This document shows positions 9,112-19,353 of a stretch of DNA of 64,000 bases, piece by piece. The notes below the pieces were generated by a model that saw only the letters and a program-made list of their open reading frames with translations, was not told the origin of the DNA and searched no databases. The position numbers and the translations under genes were made by a program. How positions within the stretch are numbered: position 1 is the first letter of the stretch; each line of letters starts with the position of its first letter. The stretch is taken from positions 1,280,001-1,344,000 of the forward strand of contig CBDCGL010000011.1 in assembly GCA_965216755.1 (NCBI GenBank). Direction: 5' to 3'. The DNA is from Alphaproteobacteria bacterium. Lineage in GTDB: Bacteria; Pseudomonadota; Alphaproteobacteria; UBA7887.

Positions 9112-9730
9112 GTCGTCTCCCCCTGTGCAACGACGCAGAGACCGGATTTGACCGCGGCGCGCAGTGTGTCTTGTGTCCACGCGACGGGAACATCCACAAT
9201 GCGTTGTTGCAGCGCGAAGAGGCGCAAATATGCACGCCTTAGTCTTGCACCTGGCCGGATCGATGGCAGCGCCACTCGGCCAGGATTCGGCGTCAAAACG
9301 TTCTGCGCATCATGCAACTTCGCGCGCGCCGCAAAGCGACACGATCCTGAAAGGAAATGCGCCACCCTTTCGTCCCTCCCCTTGACTCACGTGGCTCGGA
9401 TCAGCTGGTCCGCCCAACCGAATGCACCCGCAATCGATGACGAGGCCACATCAAAGCAATGCCGACTGTTCTCGGTTGCCGATCGGCCGCATCGGATGCG
9501 ACCGCGTCGCACGATCGTCCCCTTGGCGGAAGAGTCTTCGACCGCCAACACGTTGTCAAGAACGCCACACGTTCTTTTTGAGGATGCGAGGCATTTTCCC
9601 TGGCCACAAAAACCAAGAAAAATCATCTTGTATTTCCGGTACGATTTTGTGCGCCGGCGTCGAAGTAGGTTGCATAATGGAGTTCGATTATGGACCTTTT
9701 TTGATTGTGAACCTGCGATGAGGTGTCGCT

Positions 9731-10975
9731 ATGTCGAACGGTGCGAATTGTCGCGTGCGGCAGAAGAAGGAAGTCTGCTGGTCGGCGACCACAGCACTGC
9801 TTATCGGTTGGCTGTGCACGGTACCCGGTGTGGACGTGGCCGCGTTCGATGAAACGCATTTGAAGAAGTTTCAGGCCTTGAACCAGTGCATAGATTGCGA
9901 TTTGAGCGACGCGGCACTCGCAGGCACGGATCTTCGTCGCGCCCGATTAACCGGCGCCGACTTGCGAAACGCCGACCTGACGGCAAGCGACTTGCGCGCG
10001 GCAAATCTGAACGAGGCGAACCTTTTCAAAGCGATTTTGTCAAAAGCAGACTTGAACAATAGCATTTTGACTAATGCCGATTTGCGGCAAACTGATCTTA
10101 ACAACAGTTCCTTGGCTTTCGCGAAAATGGATGGGGCGGATCTGAGCAGGGCCGAGGCTGCCGAAAGCGATATGTCCCGTGCCAATCTTCGAGATGCGAA
10201 TTTGGCCGACGCGACGTTGAACGGTGCGAATTTCGGCAAGGCCGACCTGCGCGTGGCGAATCTGGGGGGCGCAAGCCTAATTGGTTCAAACTTTGCGAAA
10301 GCCGTCCTCAGAATGGCGATCCTCAGCGACGCGGACCTGACCGGGGCCAATTTGAACGAGGCTGATTTGGCCTTGGCCGATCTATACGGCGCCAATTTGT
10401 CCGCGGTCAGTTTGGCCTGGGCGAGCGCCGTCCGGGCCAGCCTTGGGGATACGAACTTCACCCACGCGACGCTGACAAGGACCGACTTTGGTGACAGCGA
10501 TTTGGCTGGCGCCGATATGAGCAACGCCGATTTGCGGCGTACGAAACTGCATGGCGCGTTGCTCGGCGAAGTGCGTTTCGTCGGCGCCGATTTGGAAGGC
10601 GCCGATCTCAGTCAAGCAGACGCCGGCGGCGCCGATCTAAGCAATGCGATTTTGCGCGAGACCGATCTTGCCGGTGCTGATTTCAGTGAGGCGATCTTTC
10701 AAGGCGCGGATCTGAAACAGGCAAACCTACGGCGCGCGAGCTTGGCTGGCGCCGATCTGACGGGCGCCGACCTTACTGGCGCGAATTTGCGTAAAGCGAT
10801 CCTACGCGACGCAACGTTTGCTGACGCCCAACTGCGAAATGCGGATCTGAGTGGGGCGGATCTGACGGGTGCCACTCTCGTATCGGCCAATTTAGACGAC
10901 ACCAAAATGACAGGCGCAACGCTTTGCCGAACGCAATTGCCGACGGGCGAGATCAACGCGGGGTGCGAAGAATGA
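9731..10975 (+). CDS. Exported pentapeptide repeat protein
   Basis: Long A(D/N)Lxx repeat run; signal peptide; CxxC at the start and LCRT...GC at the end. Confidence 0.9.
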   Translation: MSNGANCRVRQKKEVCWSATTALLIGWLCTVPGVDVAAFDETHLKKFQALNQCIDCDLSDAALAGTDLRRARLTGADLRNADLTASDLRAANLNEANLFKAILSKADLNNSILTNADLRQTDLNNSSLAFAKMDGADLSRAEAAESDMSRANLRDANLADATLNGANFGKADLRVANLGGASLIGSNFAKAVLRMAILSDADLTGANLNEADLALADLYGANLSAVSLAWASAVRASLGDTNFTHATLTRTDFGDSDLAGADMSNADLRRTKLHGALLGEVRFVGADLEGADLSQADAGGADLSNAILRETDLAGADFSEAIFQGADLKQANLRRASLAGADLTGADLTGANLRKAILRDATFADAQLRNADLSGADLTGATLVSANLDDTKMTGATLCRTQLPTGEINAGCEE

Positions 10976-11619
10976 GCACCGGTATCCTGATCTGGCGCTG
11001 TTCGCTTGTCATAGGGGTCGCAGTGTGCCTCGGTTGGCATGTCCAAGCCAGTCGTGCATTTGATGAAACGGCCGTCGAAACGCTGAGGGAGAGCAATGCC
11101 TGCCCGAAGTGCGATTTGCGGGACGCCGATCTGCGTCATGCCGATCTCGCCGATGCCGACCTTAGTGGTGCAAATTTGATCGGCGCAAAACTCGGAGCCG
11201 CGAATCTCACCGGCGCCAACTTGGAACATGCGAGGCTGCGAGACGCCGATTTGACGGCCGCAATTCTTGCCAATGCGGTTTTGTCGGACTCGAGACTTGA
11301 GCGCGCACGATTAAATGGTGCGAACCTGACGGAGGCGGATGTACAGCGTTCTGACCTGCGCCAAGCGGACCTAAGCGGCGCTGACCTTCGAGGGGCCAAC
11401 TTTACCGCGGCTTTCCTGGTTGGTACGAACCTCAACGATGCCAAATTGTCCGGTGCCATTTTGAGCCAAGCTTTGTTACGGGAAAGTCGGCTGGACCGGG
11501 TCGATCTAACTGATCTGGACATCAGCACCAGCGATTTAAGAAATGCGCGCGTTGACGAAGCGATTTTTTGCCGCACGATCACGCCTTGGGGCCTTGATGA
11601 CAGTGGTTGTCCGAACTGA
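10972..11619 (+). CDS. Exported pentapeptide repeat protein (paralog)
   Basis: ATGA overlap with the previous gene; AFDET...CPKCDL and FCRT...GC caps. Confidence 0.9.
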   Translation: MSTGILIWRCSLVIGVAVCLGWHVQASRAFDETAVETLRESNACPKCDLRDADLRHADLADADLSGANLIGAKLGAANLTGANLEHARLRDADLTAAILANAVLSDSRLERARLNGANLTEADVQRSDLRQADLSGADLRGANFTAAFLVGTNLNDAKLSGAILSQALLRESRLDRVDLTDLDISTSDLRNARVDEAIFCRTITPWGLDDSGCPN

Positions 11620-11700
11620 TCTCGACCCGACGCGGCACATTACGGATGATCTGCCATCACGCGTGGTCTGGTTTCAACGTCACGTGACAAAGAACCAACC

Positions 11701-12471
11701 GTGACCGACGGAGTCGTCGCCACGTCCCTATCGCCGGACGGTACATGCGCGACAATCACGATCGATCGGCAGGCAAAGATCAATGTCGTGACTCGTGCAA
11801 TGTGTCACGCATTGGCGAACTCTGTCGCCCAAGCTGCAGCGCAACCGAAAGTTCGGGTCGTCGTGGTGACCGGCGCCGGCAACCGCGCCTTCATCGGCGG
11901 CGCGGACATCAACGAAATGGCGGGCTTGGATCAGACAACCGCAAAGGATTTCATTTCAAATCTCCATCAAGCTTGCCGAGCGATTCGAAACGCGCCGGTG
12001 CCGGTGATCGCGCGCATTCAAGGTTATTGTCTCGGCGCGGGGTTGGAAATTGCGGCAAGCTGCGACGTCCGCGTTGCGGCGCAAGATGCCGTGTTTGGAA
12101 TGCCGGAAGTGCGCGTTGGCATTCCCTCGGTGATTGAAGCCGCGTTGTTGCCCTACCTGATCGGCTGGGGACGGACCCGGTACCTGCTCCTCACAGGCGA
12201 CAACATATCTGCCGACGTGGCGTTCGCGTGGGGTCTGATCGAACAGCTGGTCGCGGTCGACGCGCTGGACCAGGCGGTCGACGCCTGCGTGGCCTCAATC
12301 ATGGCTTCCGGACGGAACGCCATACTGCTGCAGAAGGCGCTGATCAATCGATGGCAAGAATTGCCTTTGGATGCAGCTATTGCCGCCGGGATCGATGCGT
12401 TTGCGGACGCCTTTCGCGCCGACGAACCCCATGAATTGATGGCGCAGTTCCTGAACCGCCCACGCGCGTAA
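11701..12471 (+). CDS. Enoyl-CoA hydratase/isomerase family
   Basis: AFIGGADI, GYCLGAGLE and FGMPEV motifs. Confidence 0.9.
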   Translation: MTDGVVATSLSPDGTCATITIDRQAKINVVTRAMCHALANSVAQAAAQPKVRVVVVTGAGNRAFIGGADINEMAGLDQTTAKDFISNLHQACRAIRNAPVPVIARIQGYCLGAGLEIAASCDVRVAAQDAVFGMPEVRVGIPSVIEAALLPYLIGWGRTRYLLLTGDNISADVAFAWGLIEQLVAVDALDQAVDACVASIMASGRNAILLQKALINRWQELPLDAAIAAGIDAFADAFRADEPHELMAQFLNRPRA

Positions 12472-12510
12472 TCGCCGGAGTCTTGCCGGAATCGTCATGA
12501 TTGCGCGTCA

Positions 12511-13719
12511 TTAGGCCGTCGTCGGCATGCCCCAACACCAGAAATCAGTCCCCTCCGCGCGCAGAAATCGGTTGATGACCATTTTGTGCACTTCAGAGGC
12601 GCCATCGACAATGCGCGCCTGGCGCGCATATCGGTACATCCACTCCAACACGGTATCCTTGGAATAGCCGCGGGCCCCGTTCAGCTGTAGCGCCGTATCA
12701 ACAGACTTGTGTAGGGCCTCGGCAACGACATTTTTCGCGATCGACACTTCCTTGCGGGCAAACGCGCCCTGATCCAACGTCCACGCTGCCTTCATGGTCA
12801 CAAGTCGGCCGATTTCAATGTCCATCGCCGCCTCGCCCATCATGATCTGGATCGACTCCCGGTCGGATAGAGTTTGGCCAAAGCTTTGACGCCGTTCTAT
12901 ATATTCCGATGCAATCTCCAGAGCGCGCTTTGCCATTCCCAACCACCGCATACAATGCGTTAGGCGCGCCGTTCCCAAGCGAATTTGGGTGACCTTTAGC
13001 CCGTCGCCCACGCCCATTAGGCGATTCTCGTCGGCAATCTCCAGACCGTCAAACAGCACTTCGCAGTGACCGCCGTGCTCCTCGGGCCCAAGAATTGGAA
13101 TGCGGCGCACGATTTCCCAACCCGGCTGATCGGCATGAAACAAGAATGCCGTCAGGCCGCGACGATCATCGTCGGACGTCCGGGCAACAACGATAAAGTG
13201 CTTGGCGCCGTCAGCACCGGTGATAAACCATTTGCGGCCGTTGATGCGCCATGAATCGCCGTGCCGACTGGCCGTGGTCCGGGTCAGGGTCGGATCCGAC
13301 CCGCAGCCATCCGGTTCGGTCATAACAAACGATGATCGCACGGAACCATCGATAATCGGCTGCAACCATTTGTCTTTTTGATCTTCGCGCGCGACTTTGT
13401 TGAGCAAAATCATATTGCCGTCGTCGGGGGCCGCGCTGTTGAAGCAAACCGGTCCGAAAATTGATCGATTCATCTCCTCGTAGCAAGCCGCCATTCCGAC
13501 AGTTGACAGTCCCTGACCGCCCCGTGCTCGTGGCATTTGCAGCGCCCACAAACCCCTGGCGCGCGCCCTATCACGAAGTTCCGTCAACGCGGGAATGGCA
13601 ATGTTCTCATACGGATCCCATGCCTCCGGATCCGATTCAATTGGGATGATTTCTTCGTCAACGAATGTCCGAATCTTTGCGCGCAGGCCTTCGATTTCAG
13701 GCGACAGGACAAAATCCAT
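12511..13719 (-). CDS. Acyl-CoA dehydrogenase
   Basis: MTEPDGCGSD, NGRKWFITGA and IVDGASEVH motifs. Confidence 0.92.
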   Translation of the reverse strand: MDFVLSPEIEGLRAKIRTFVDEEIIPIESDPEAWDPYENIAIPALTELRDRARARGLWALQMPRARGGQGLSTVGMAACYEEMNRSIFGPVCFNSAAPDDGNMILLNKVAREDQKDKWLQPIIDGSVRSSFVMTEPDGCGSDPTLTRTTASRHGDSWRINGRKWFITGADGAKHFIVVARTSDDDRRGLTAFLFHADQPGWEIVRRIPILGPEEHGGHCEVLFDGLEIADENRLMGVGDGLKVTQIRLGTARLTHCMRWLGMAKRALEIASEYIERRQSFGQTLSDRESIQIMMGEAAMDIEIGRLVTMKAAWTLDQGAFARKEVSIAKNVVAEALHKSVDTALQLNGARGYSKDTVLEWMYRYARQARIVDGASEVHKMVINRFLRAEGTDFWCWGMPTTA

Positions 13720-14217
13720 AACGTGCGACCCTATTTTCTACGATTGATCGTTGGTCCATCCCATAACTGTTTACGCCAGTTTTCGCCACCATGCGTGCGC
13801 CAGATGTCGAATAGAACGCTCGCCGTGAGCTATAGCGCCTGTGACAGAGTTGGAGCGGCGATCGCTGATTGCGGAACACGCGCAGGTCGCCTACGATTTC
13901 ATGTTCGCATATGCTGGCCGCGACCCACGATAGAAGCGCAACGCACGGCTAATGAGTCAATTCCGGCAGCGGCAAATGAAACATTTGACGGGCCTAGGTG
14001 GTTGCGCACCTGAATGCGTGTAGCCCAGATGCGTGGGACATTGGCATGGTACCCCCTGGCCAAGACGCGCCAATGTTGAAAACCTGGCATGTGCGGGTTC
14101 GGGGCGCGACGAGGCGATGGCGCCAAATAGCGACTCTTGGACTGAATCACCAGAGTGGCGGTTGCGGAGTCGCGCAACTAGACACGCGGCGAATTAGCCG
14201 CGTTTGGGGAGAGAACC

Positions 14218-15339
14218 ATGAGGGGATCAACAATTGTTGTAGGCATTATTGCCTTAGTGATAGGACTGGCGGTCGGTCGCTTTGTCATGGCACCGACGCC
14301 GCAAACGGCGACGACGGCCTCGGCGGAAGGTGACAGCGCTGGTAGCGCCACACCATCAGCCGATTCGGGTGAGAAGATTCGGTGGAAAATGGCCAGCAGT
14401 TTCGCCGGCGAGTTGGTACAGCTCGGCGACCAAGGCCAACTGCTTGAGAAACGCATTGGCGAGTTGACCGGCGGTGCATTGGAGATCAAGTTTTTTGAGC
14501 CTGGCGCCCTGGTACCGGCGCTGGAGATATTCGACGCGGTCTCCTCTGGCTCGATCAACGCCGGTTGGACAGCGTCCGGCTATTGGGCGGGCAAAGTGCC
14601 AGCCATGCAGTTTTTCACGGCGATACCGTTCGGGCCCAACGCCGGTGAACTTCTTGCGTGGCTGTATTACGGCGGTGGTGTCGATCTCTGGAATGAACTT
14701 TATGAGAAACACAACATTCGGTCGATGCCGTGCAACCTGATATCGCCGGAAGGGTCTGGCTGGTTCGCCAAACAGATCAACTCCGTCGAAGATTTGAACG
14801 GCCTAAAAATGCGCTTTTTCGGACTGGGCGCCAAAGTGATGGAAAAACTTGGTGTGTCAACACAGCTATTGGCGGGCGGCGACATTTTCCCGGCACTGGA
14901 ACTGGGCACGATCGATGCGACCGAGTTTTCGATGCCCGCCATCGACCTTGATCTTGGGTTTCACCAAGTCGCCAAGCACTATTATTTTCCGGGCTGGCAC
15001 CAGCAAATGAGCGTTGGCGAGTTGATGATCAACCTGGATGACTGGAACAGTTTGAGTGGAACGCACCGGGAAATCATCAATGCCGCCTGCAAGGAGAGCA
15101 TGCTTCGCGGGTTCGCGCAGGGCGAGGCAATCCAATTCCCGGCGTTGGAAGAACTTGAGACCAAAGGCGTGCAATTCCACCGATGGTCGCCCGAAATTCT
15201 CGCGGCGCTTGAGGCCGCTTGGCTGGAGGTGGTGACTGAAGAGGCCGCCGCCGATGAAGACTTTGGGCGGGTATGGGCGTCGCTGACTGAGTTCCGCAAG
15301 GGCTATGAACTGTGGGCGGAGCTCGGCTATCTGGAATAG
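14218..15339 (+). CDS. dctP: TRAP transporter substrate-binding protein (DctP/TakP-like), no dctQM adjacent
   Basis: WKMASSF, GLKMRFFGLG, GTIDATEF and YYFPGWHQ motifs. Confidence 0.88.
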   Translation: MRGSTIVVGIIALVIGLAVGRFVMAPTPQTATTASAEGDSAGSATPSADSGEKIRWKMASSFAGELVQLGDQGQLLEKRIGELTGGALEIKFFEPGALVPALEIFDAVSSGSINAGWTASGYWAGKVPAMQFFTAIPFGPNAGELLAWLYYGGGVDLWNELYEKHNIRSMPCNLISPEGSGWFAKQINSVEDLNGLKMRFFGLGAKVMEKLGVSTQLLAGGDIFPALELGTIDATEFSMPAIDLDLGFHQVAKHYYFPGWHQQMSVGELMINLDDWNSLSGTHREIINAACKESMLRGFAQGEAIQFPALEELETKGVQFHRWSPEILAALEAAWLEVVTEEAAADEDFGRVWASLTEFRKGYELWAELGYLE

Positions 15340-15351
15340 CAACGATCGCCA

Positions 15352-15378
15352 GCGGAGCGACCACTAGGGTCGCTCCGC
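15352..15378 (+). terminator. Stem-loop after dctP
   Basis: GCGGAGCGACC-actag-GGTCGCTCCGC, perfect 11-bp stem. Confidence 0.55.
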
Positions 15379-15465
15379 CGTGTTCGGTATCGACCGGCAA
15401 TTGCGATAGCTCAACGCGACATATAGGAATTCATCGTCGTTCAACCGCGTGCCAACGGAGCCACT

Positions 15466-16230
15466 ATGCGACTTGCCGATAAGATTGCGCTGATCACCGG
15501 CGCTGCAGGCGGAATTGGAGCCGCCGCCGCAGCCTTGTTCACCGCGGAAGGTGCAAAGGTCTTTCTGGTCGACGTGAATTACCAAGGTTTGGAAGAGCTC
15601 GCGCAATCCTTGGGTGAAGATCGGGCCGCGTTCTTCACCGCCGACATGGCCCAAGAAAGTGACGTCGCCAATATGGTCCAAGCGGCCTGTGATCGATTTG
15701 GTGGTCTTGACGTTGCTCTGCTAAATGCTGGAATCGAGGGAACCGTCAGTCCCATAACGGACTACCCGACAGACATGTTTGACAAAGTGATTGCCATCAA
15801 TATGCGGGGCGTCTGGCTCGGTCTGAAATACATCATTCCCGCTATGGATCAACGGGGCGGCGGTAGTATCGTTCTGACATCCTCGATTGCCGGTGTACGG
15901 GGCCGCCCAAAAATGTCGGCATATGTCGCCAGTAAACATGCCGTCGTCGGCCTGGCACGAACGGCGGCACTTGAATGTGCCAACAAAGGCATTCGCGTCA
16001 ATAGCATTAACCCCTCGCCTGTCGATACGCGTATGATGCGTTCGCTCGAACAGCAATTCCAACCCGATGATCCAGGCCAGTTTCGCACAGATTACGCCAA
16101 GGCATCTCCCCTGGGTCGCTACGCGACACCCGAGGAAATTGCCAAGACGATGCTGTATCTCGCCAGCGACGACAGCGCCCACTGCACCGGCGGGGTGTAT
16201 ATGATTGACGGTGGCCGCAGCGCCCACTAG
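15466..16230 (+). CDS. Short-chain dehydrogenase/reductase
   Basis: TGAAGGIG, NAG and YVASK motifs. Confidence 0.92.
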   Translation: MRLADKIALITGAAGGIGAAAAALFTAEGAKVFLVDVNYQGLEELAQSLGEDRAAFFTADMAQESDVANMVQAACDRFGGLDVALLNAGIEGTVSPITDYPTDMFDKVIAINMRGVWLGLKYIIPAMDQRGGGSIVLTSSIAGVRGRPKMSAYVASKHAVVGLARTAALECANKGIRVNSINPSPVDTRMMRSLEQQFQPDDPGQFRTDYAKASPLGRYATPEEIAKTMLYLASDDSAHCTGGVYMIDGGRSAH

Positions 16231-16408
16231 AGAGTGTCCGACAATATTGAACCATTCTGCCGGAGCGCATTTTCGCCAAGATCAAGTCGCTGTCCGCAGG
16301 ACGTATCGGGAATACGGCCAAGGACAGAGACGCCGAAATTGGCAGAAAGGTGCCCGGCCCTGCGGTTTCGCGACCGGCGGTTGTCCATATTGTCGGACAC
16401 TGCTCTAG
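16227..16408. mobile_element. MITE-like palindromic element, copy 1
   Basis: Terminal inverted repeats CTAGAG-AGTGTCCGACAATAT / ATATTGTCGGACACTGCTCTAG; homologous copy at ~58300-58480. Confidence 0.75.
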
Positions 16409-16424
16409 CACGGCGATACATCTG

Positions 16425-17060
16425 ATGCCCGCGCACGAAATTACGGCGATCTTGTGGGACTATGGTGGTGTGGTCACGACCAGCCCGTTTGATGCTTTTA
16501 ATCGGTTCGAAGCCGCCAACGGCCTACCCATGAACTTCATTCGCAACGTAAATACGCGCAATATCCACGGCAACGCGTGGGCGAAGATGGAACGCAACGA
16601 GGTCGACTTGGACGGGTTTTGTGCTCTATTCGAAGAGGAATCGCGGGCAGCGGGTCACATGGTCAAGGGCCGCGATGTGCTGACCTTGATATATGGCGAC
16701 ATCCGCCACGAAATCGTCGCAGCCATAGAACGGCTAAGTCGCCACTACAGACAAGCTTGCTTGACCAATAACATGACATTCGCCCCAATCAATGCCGAAA
16801 AACGCAAACAATCGAACGAAATCATGGCCTTGTTTGACTACGTGTTTGAGTCCAGCAAAGTCGGCATTCGCAAGCCGCAAACAGAATTCTATCAACTGGC
16901 GTGCCGAACGATGGGCATCACGCCGAATGAAGCTGTTTTCCTAGATGATTTGGGCGTCAATCTGAGGCCGGCGCGTGACATGGGCATGCAAACGATCAAG
17001 GTTACGTCTGGGCACCAGGCCCTCGACGCGCTCGCGTCCGTCCTCGGCCATGCGCCATGA
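16425..17060 (+). CDS. HAD-IA family hydrolase
   Basis: WDYGGV, LTNN, RKP and FLDD motifs. Confidence 0.88.
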   Translation: MPAHEITAILWDYGGVVTTSPFDAFNRFEAANGLPMNFIRNVNTRNIHGNAWAKMERNEVDLDGFCALFEEESRAAGHMVKGRDVLTLIYGDIRHEIVAAIERLSRHYRQACLTNNMTFAPINAEKRKQSNEIMALFDYVFESSKVGIRKPQTEFYQLACRTMGITPNEAVFLDDLGVNLRPARDMGMQTIKVTSGHQALDALASVLGHAP

Positions 17061-17150
17061 TGGGCCGTCGCCTTTGCGCCGGCGACAGCTTTTTGAATTT
17101 TCGACATCCGCACAAATTGAAATTCTATAGGAGTACTACTGATTGCCGCG

Positions 17151-18644
17151 TTATGCTTCAATATAAGTCTTGGAGAAAGCGACGGTCGATGGTGTGGAGA
17201 CCCTTCGCAAGGGCACGCTAAATGTAACGGTCGTCCCCTTGCCGAGTGTACTTTCAATGTGAAACGTCCCGCCCATGGTATCAACCAGTTCTCGGCAAAT
17301 GGCCACGCCCAGCCCATTGCCGCTAAATGCACGGCGCACGTTCGGCTGCCCGTCGCCATAGGGGCCCAATAATTTCTCCTGCAAATCAGGAGCAATTCCT
17401 ATACCCGTGTCAGAGACCGACAAACACACGCGATCGCCAGCGGTTGGGTCATTGACAAGGCTGATGGCAATGCGTCCGGAAGATGTAAACTTCACGGCAT
17501 TGCTAACGACGTTCACCAAGATCTGTTTCAGTCGTTTCGGGTCTCCTTGGACCAGGTCGGGAATATCCGAGTCGACGGACACGACCAGATCGACCCCCTT
17601 TTGGTCTGTGAGTGACTTAAACATGTTGATCGTGCCGGCGATAATTTCTCCAAGGTCAAATGGCGTCTCTTGTAGTTCAATTTTGCCGGCGCTTAGTTTG
17701 GTGAAATCGAGCACGTTATCGATAACGCGCATCATATCGCTTGCGTGTGTTGCAATGGCACGGCTGTTTTCACTCTGCGCCGCGTCAAGTTCAGACCCTA
17801 ACAATAGGCGATTATGGCCAATGATGCCGTTCATCGGTGAGCGCAATTCATGGCTGGTCTGAGACAAGAAGCGCGATTTGGCGCGCAATTCGGCTTCGGC
17901 TGTTTGAGCGATCTCCAAGGCGTCGGTTAATTCGGTCGCGAGCGCCTGGTTTTGATACTTAAGCTCGATTGAAGTGCGCAACGTCTTGTTGAATTCCAAT
18001 CCGGCATAACCGAGAAAGCCAAGATAAACCCAAACGAGTGCCGCGAGCAGTCCACTGAACTCATGGCCTGATACGTAGAAACCAAAGGACAGCGCCACCA
18101 GCATCGGGACCAAGAATCCCAATGCCGAACTGAGAAATGCGACGAAAAGAACCAATCCGCCGGCTGATGTGCCAGCCAGCAAGATGGCCAGAAAGAGCCG
18201 CGCCTCTGCACTGATCTGCGGGTAGAAATAGGCCGCCGCCACAACCAGCGGCATTACCTCAAAAACTGATAAGCCAAAGTGAAGTTTTTCCCAGCCGCGC
18301 CAGTCTGATGCCGGACCTGGACCCAGAAAAAACGCACCGACCAAAGCCAGGATTGCCACAAAGACGGCCGCGTACAACCCGGCCCACGCCAATAGTGCCC
18401 CGTGACTTACCTCCTGCCAGAGGACATACCCAATTGCGCAGCACAGTATTGGGGCAGATAACGCGCCAACGGCTTGCTGCCGAAAGACAACTGTTGCGCG
18501 TTCAGAATAGGCGCGTGCTCCGGGGTCGTTGCGACGTTCGCCACTGTCCATGGGTACGGCCTGATCGGCGATACCCAATTCATCAAAGAGCGCGGGCGGC
18601 GGCGCATCCGCTGACTTAGCGTGGCTGGCTTGGTCGAGGTCCAT
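17151..18644 (-). CDS. Membrane sensor histidine kinase
   Basis: Multiple TM helices; SHELRSPMNG H-box; NVVSNAVKFT, DTGIGI and GLG boxes. Confidence 0.9.
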   Translation of the reverse strand: MDLDQASHAKSADAPPPALFDELGIADQAVPMDSGERRNDPGARAYSERATVVFRQQAVGALSAPILCCAIGYVLWQEVSHGALLAWAGLYAAVFVAILALVGAFFLGPGPASDWRGWEKLHFGLSVFEVMPLVVAAAYFYPQISAEARLFLAILLAGTSAGGLVLFVAFLSSALGFLVPMLVALSFGFYVSGHEFSGLLAALVWVYLGFLGYAGLEFNKTLRTSIELKYQNQALATELTDALEIAQTAEAELRAKSRFLSQTSHELRSPMNGIIGHNRLLLGSELDAAQSENSRAIATHASDMMRVIDNVLDFTKLSAGKIELQETPFDLGEIIAGTINMFKSLTDQKGVDLVVSVDSDIPDLVQGDPKRLKQILVNVVSNAVKFTSSGRIAISLVNDPTAGDRVCLSVSDTGIGIAPDLQEKLLGPYGDGQPNVRRAFSGNGLGVAICRELVDTMGGTFHIESTLGKGTTVTFSVPLRRVSTPSTVAFSKTYIEA

Positions 18645-18905
18645 TCTGGCTTATTAACGCCTCGTTGACGGCCGCTGCTTATCAGATCGGCACAAGGAAT
18701 GCGCTGCTCCGAATCCCCATGCGGGTCTGAGAGATACGCGATACAAACCGCATCAAATCGGACAATGCGGCATAATTCATAGGGTAATCGTCTTAACAGG
18801 GAGTTTCGCCCAAAGAGAAAACGGCCGGGCCAGCGCGCAAAACGCAACAATCCAATCAACTGGGCTCTTCTTCGCACATGCCGTGCCGTGGACCGGAATA
18901 GGTAA

Positions 18906-19340
18906 TCACCACAACAAACTTTGTTTTGGTGGCCGGATAGGCTTCGAGAGCCAACTGGTGCCCCAATATGCCGTGCCAACGGTCGGATCGCCGGCATCGG
19001 GCTCGCCATTCTCCGATGCCATGGTTCCCAACAAGGTCCGAAAGCGGTTCATTACCGCGCGTTTGTTGTATCGCCCGGTGACCAGTTGCACTTTTTGGAG
19101 CCCCGCTTCTCCGCAAAAGAAACCGACCACCTCTTGCGTGTCGTGGGGCGTGCCCGGCGGATGCAGGGTAGCGCCCGTGACGTTTCCAACAGTCTCGGGG
19201 TACGTCGCGCCTTTCGCCTCGGCCACGGGCATGCCCCAATCAAGAAAAAACGGAGCATGACCCGCGTCGGCGCCGTCGGACGCGCCGATCCCCCACAGAC
19301 ACAAGCCACACGCAGTCCCAAACGCAGGTAGAACTCTCAT
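18906..19340 (-). CDS. Hypothetical exported protein
   Basis: Signal-peptide-like start, LDWGMPVAEAK pattern; follows the aldolase gene closely. Confidence 0.4.
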   Translation of the reverse strand: MRVLPAFGTACGLCLWGIGASDGADAGHAPFFLDWGMPVAEAKGATYPETVGNVTGATLHPPGTPHDTQEVVGFFCGEAGLQKVQLVTGRYNKRAVMNRFRTLLGTMASENGEPDAGDPTVGTAYWGTSWLSKPIRPPKQSLLW

Positions 19341-19353
19341 GTCGAACCTCGAC

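Noticed and set aside
9148-9852. Hidden Rieske or other gene in the cytb-pentapeptide intergenic region
   Set aside because: No listed ORF has Rieske CxH/CxxH motifs or protein-like composition; it is treated as a divergent promoter region.
9850-11560. Periodic GCCGAT(C/T)T DNA repeats as a CRISPR array or tandem repeat
   Set aside because: The 15-nt periodicity is explained by pentapeptide-repeat coding; there is no repeat-spacer structure and no cas gene.
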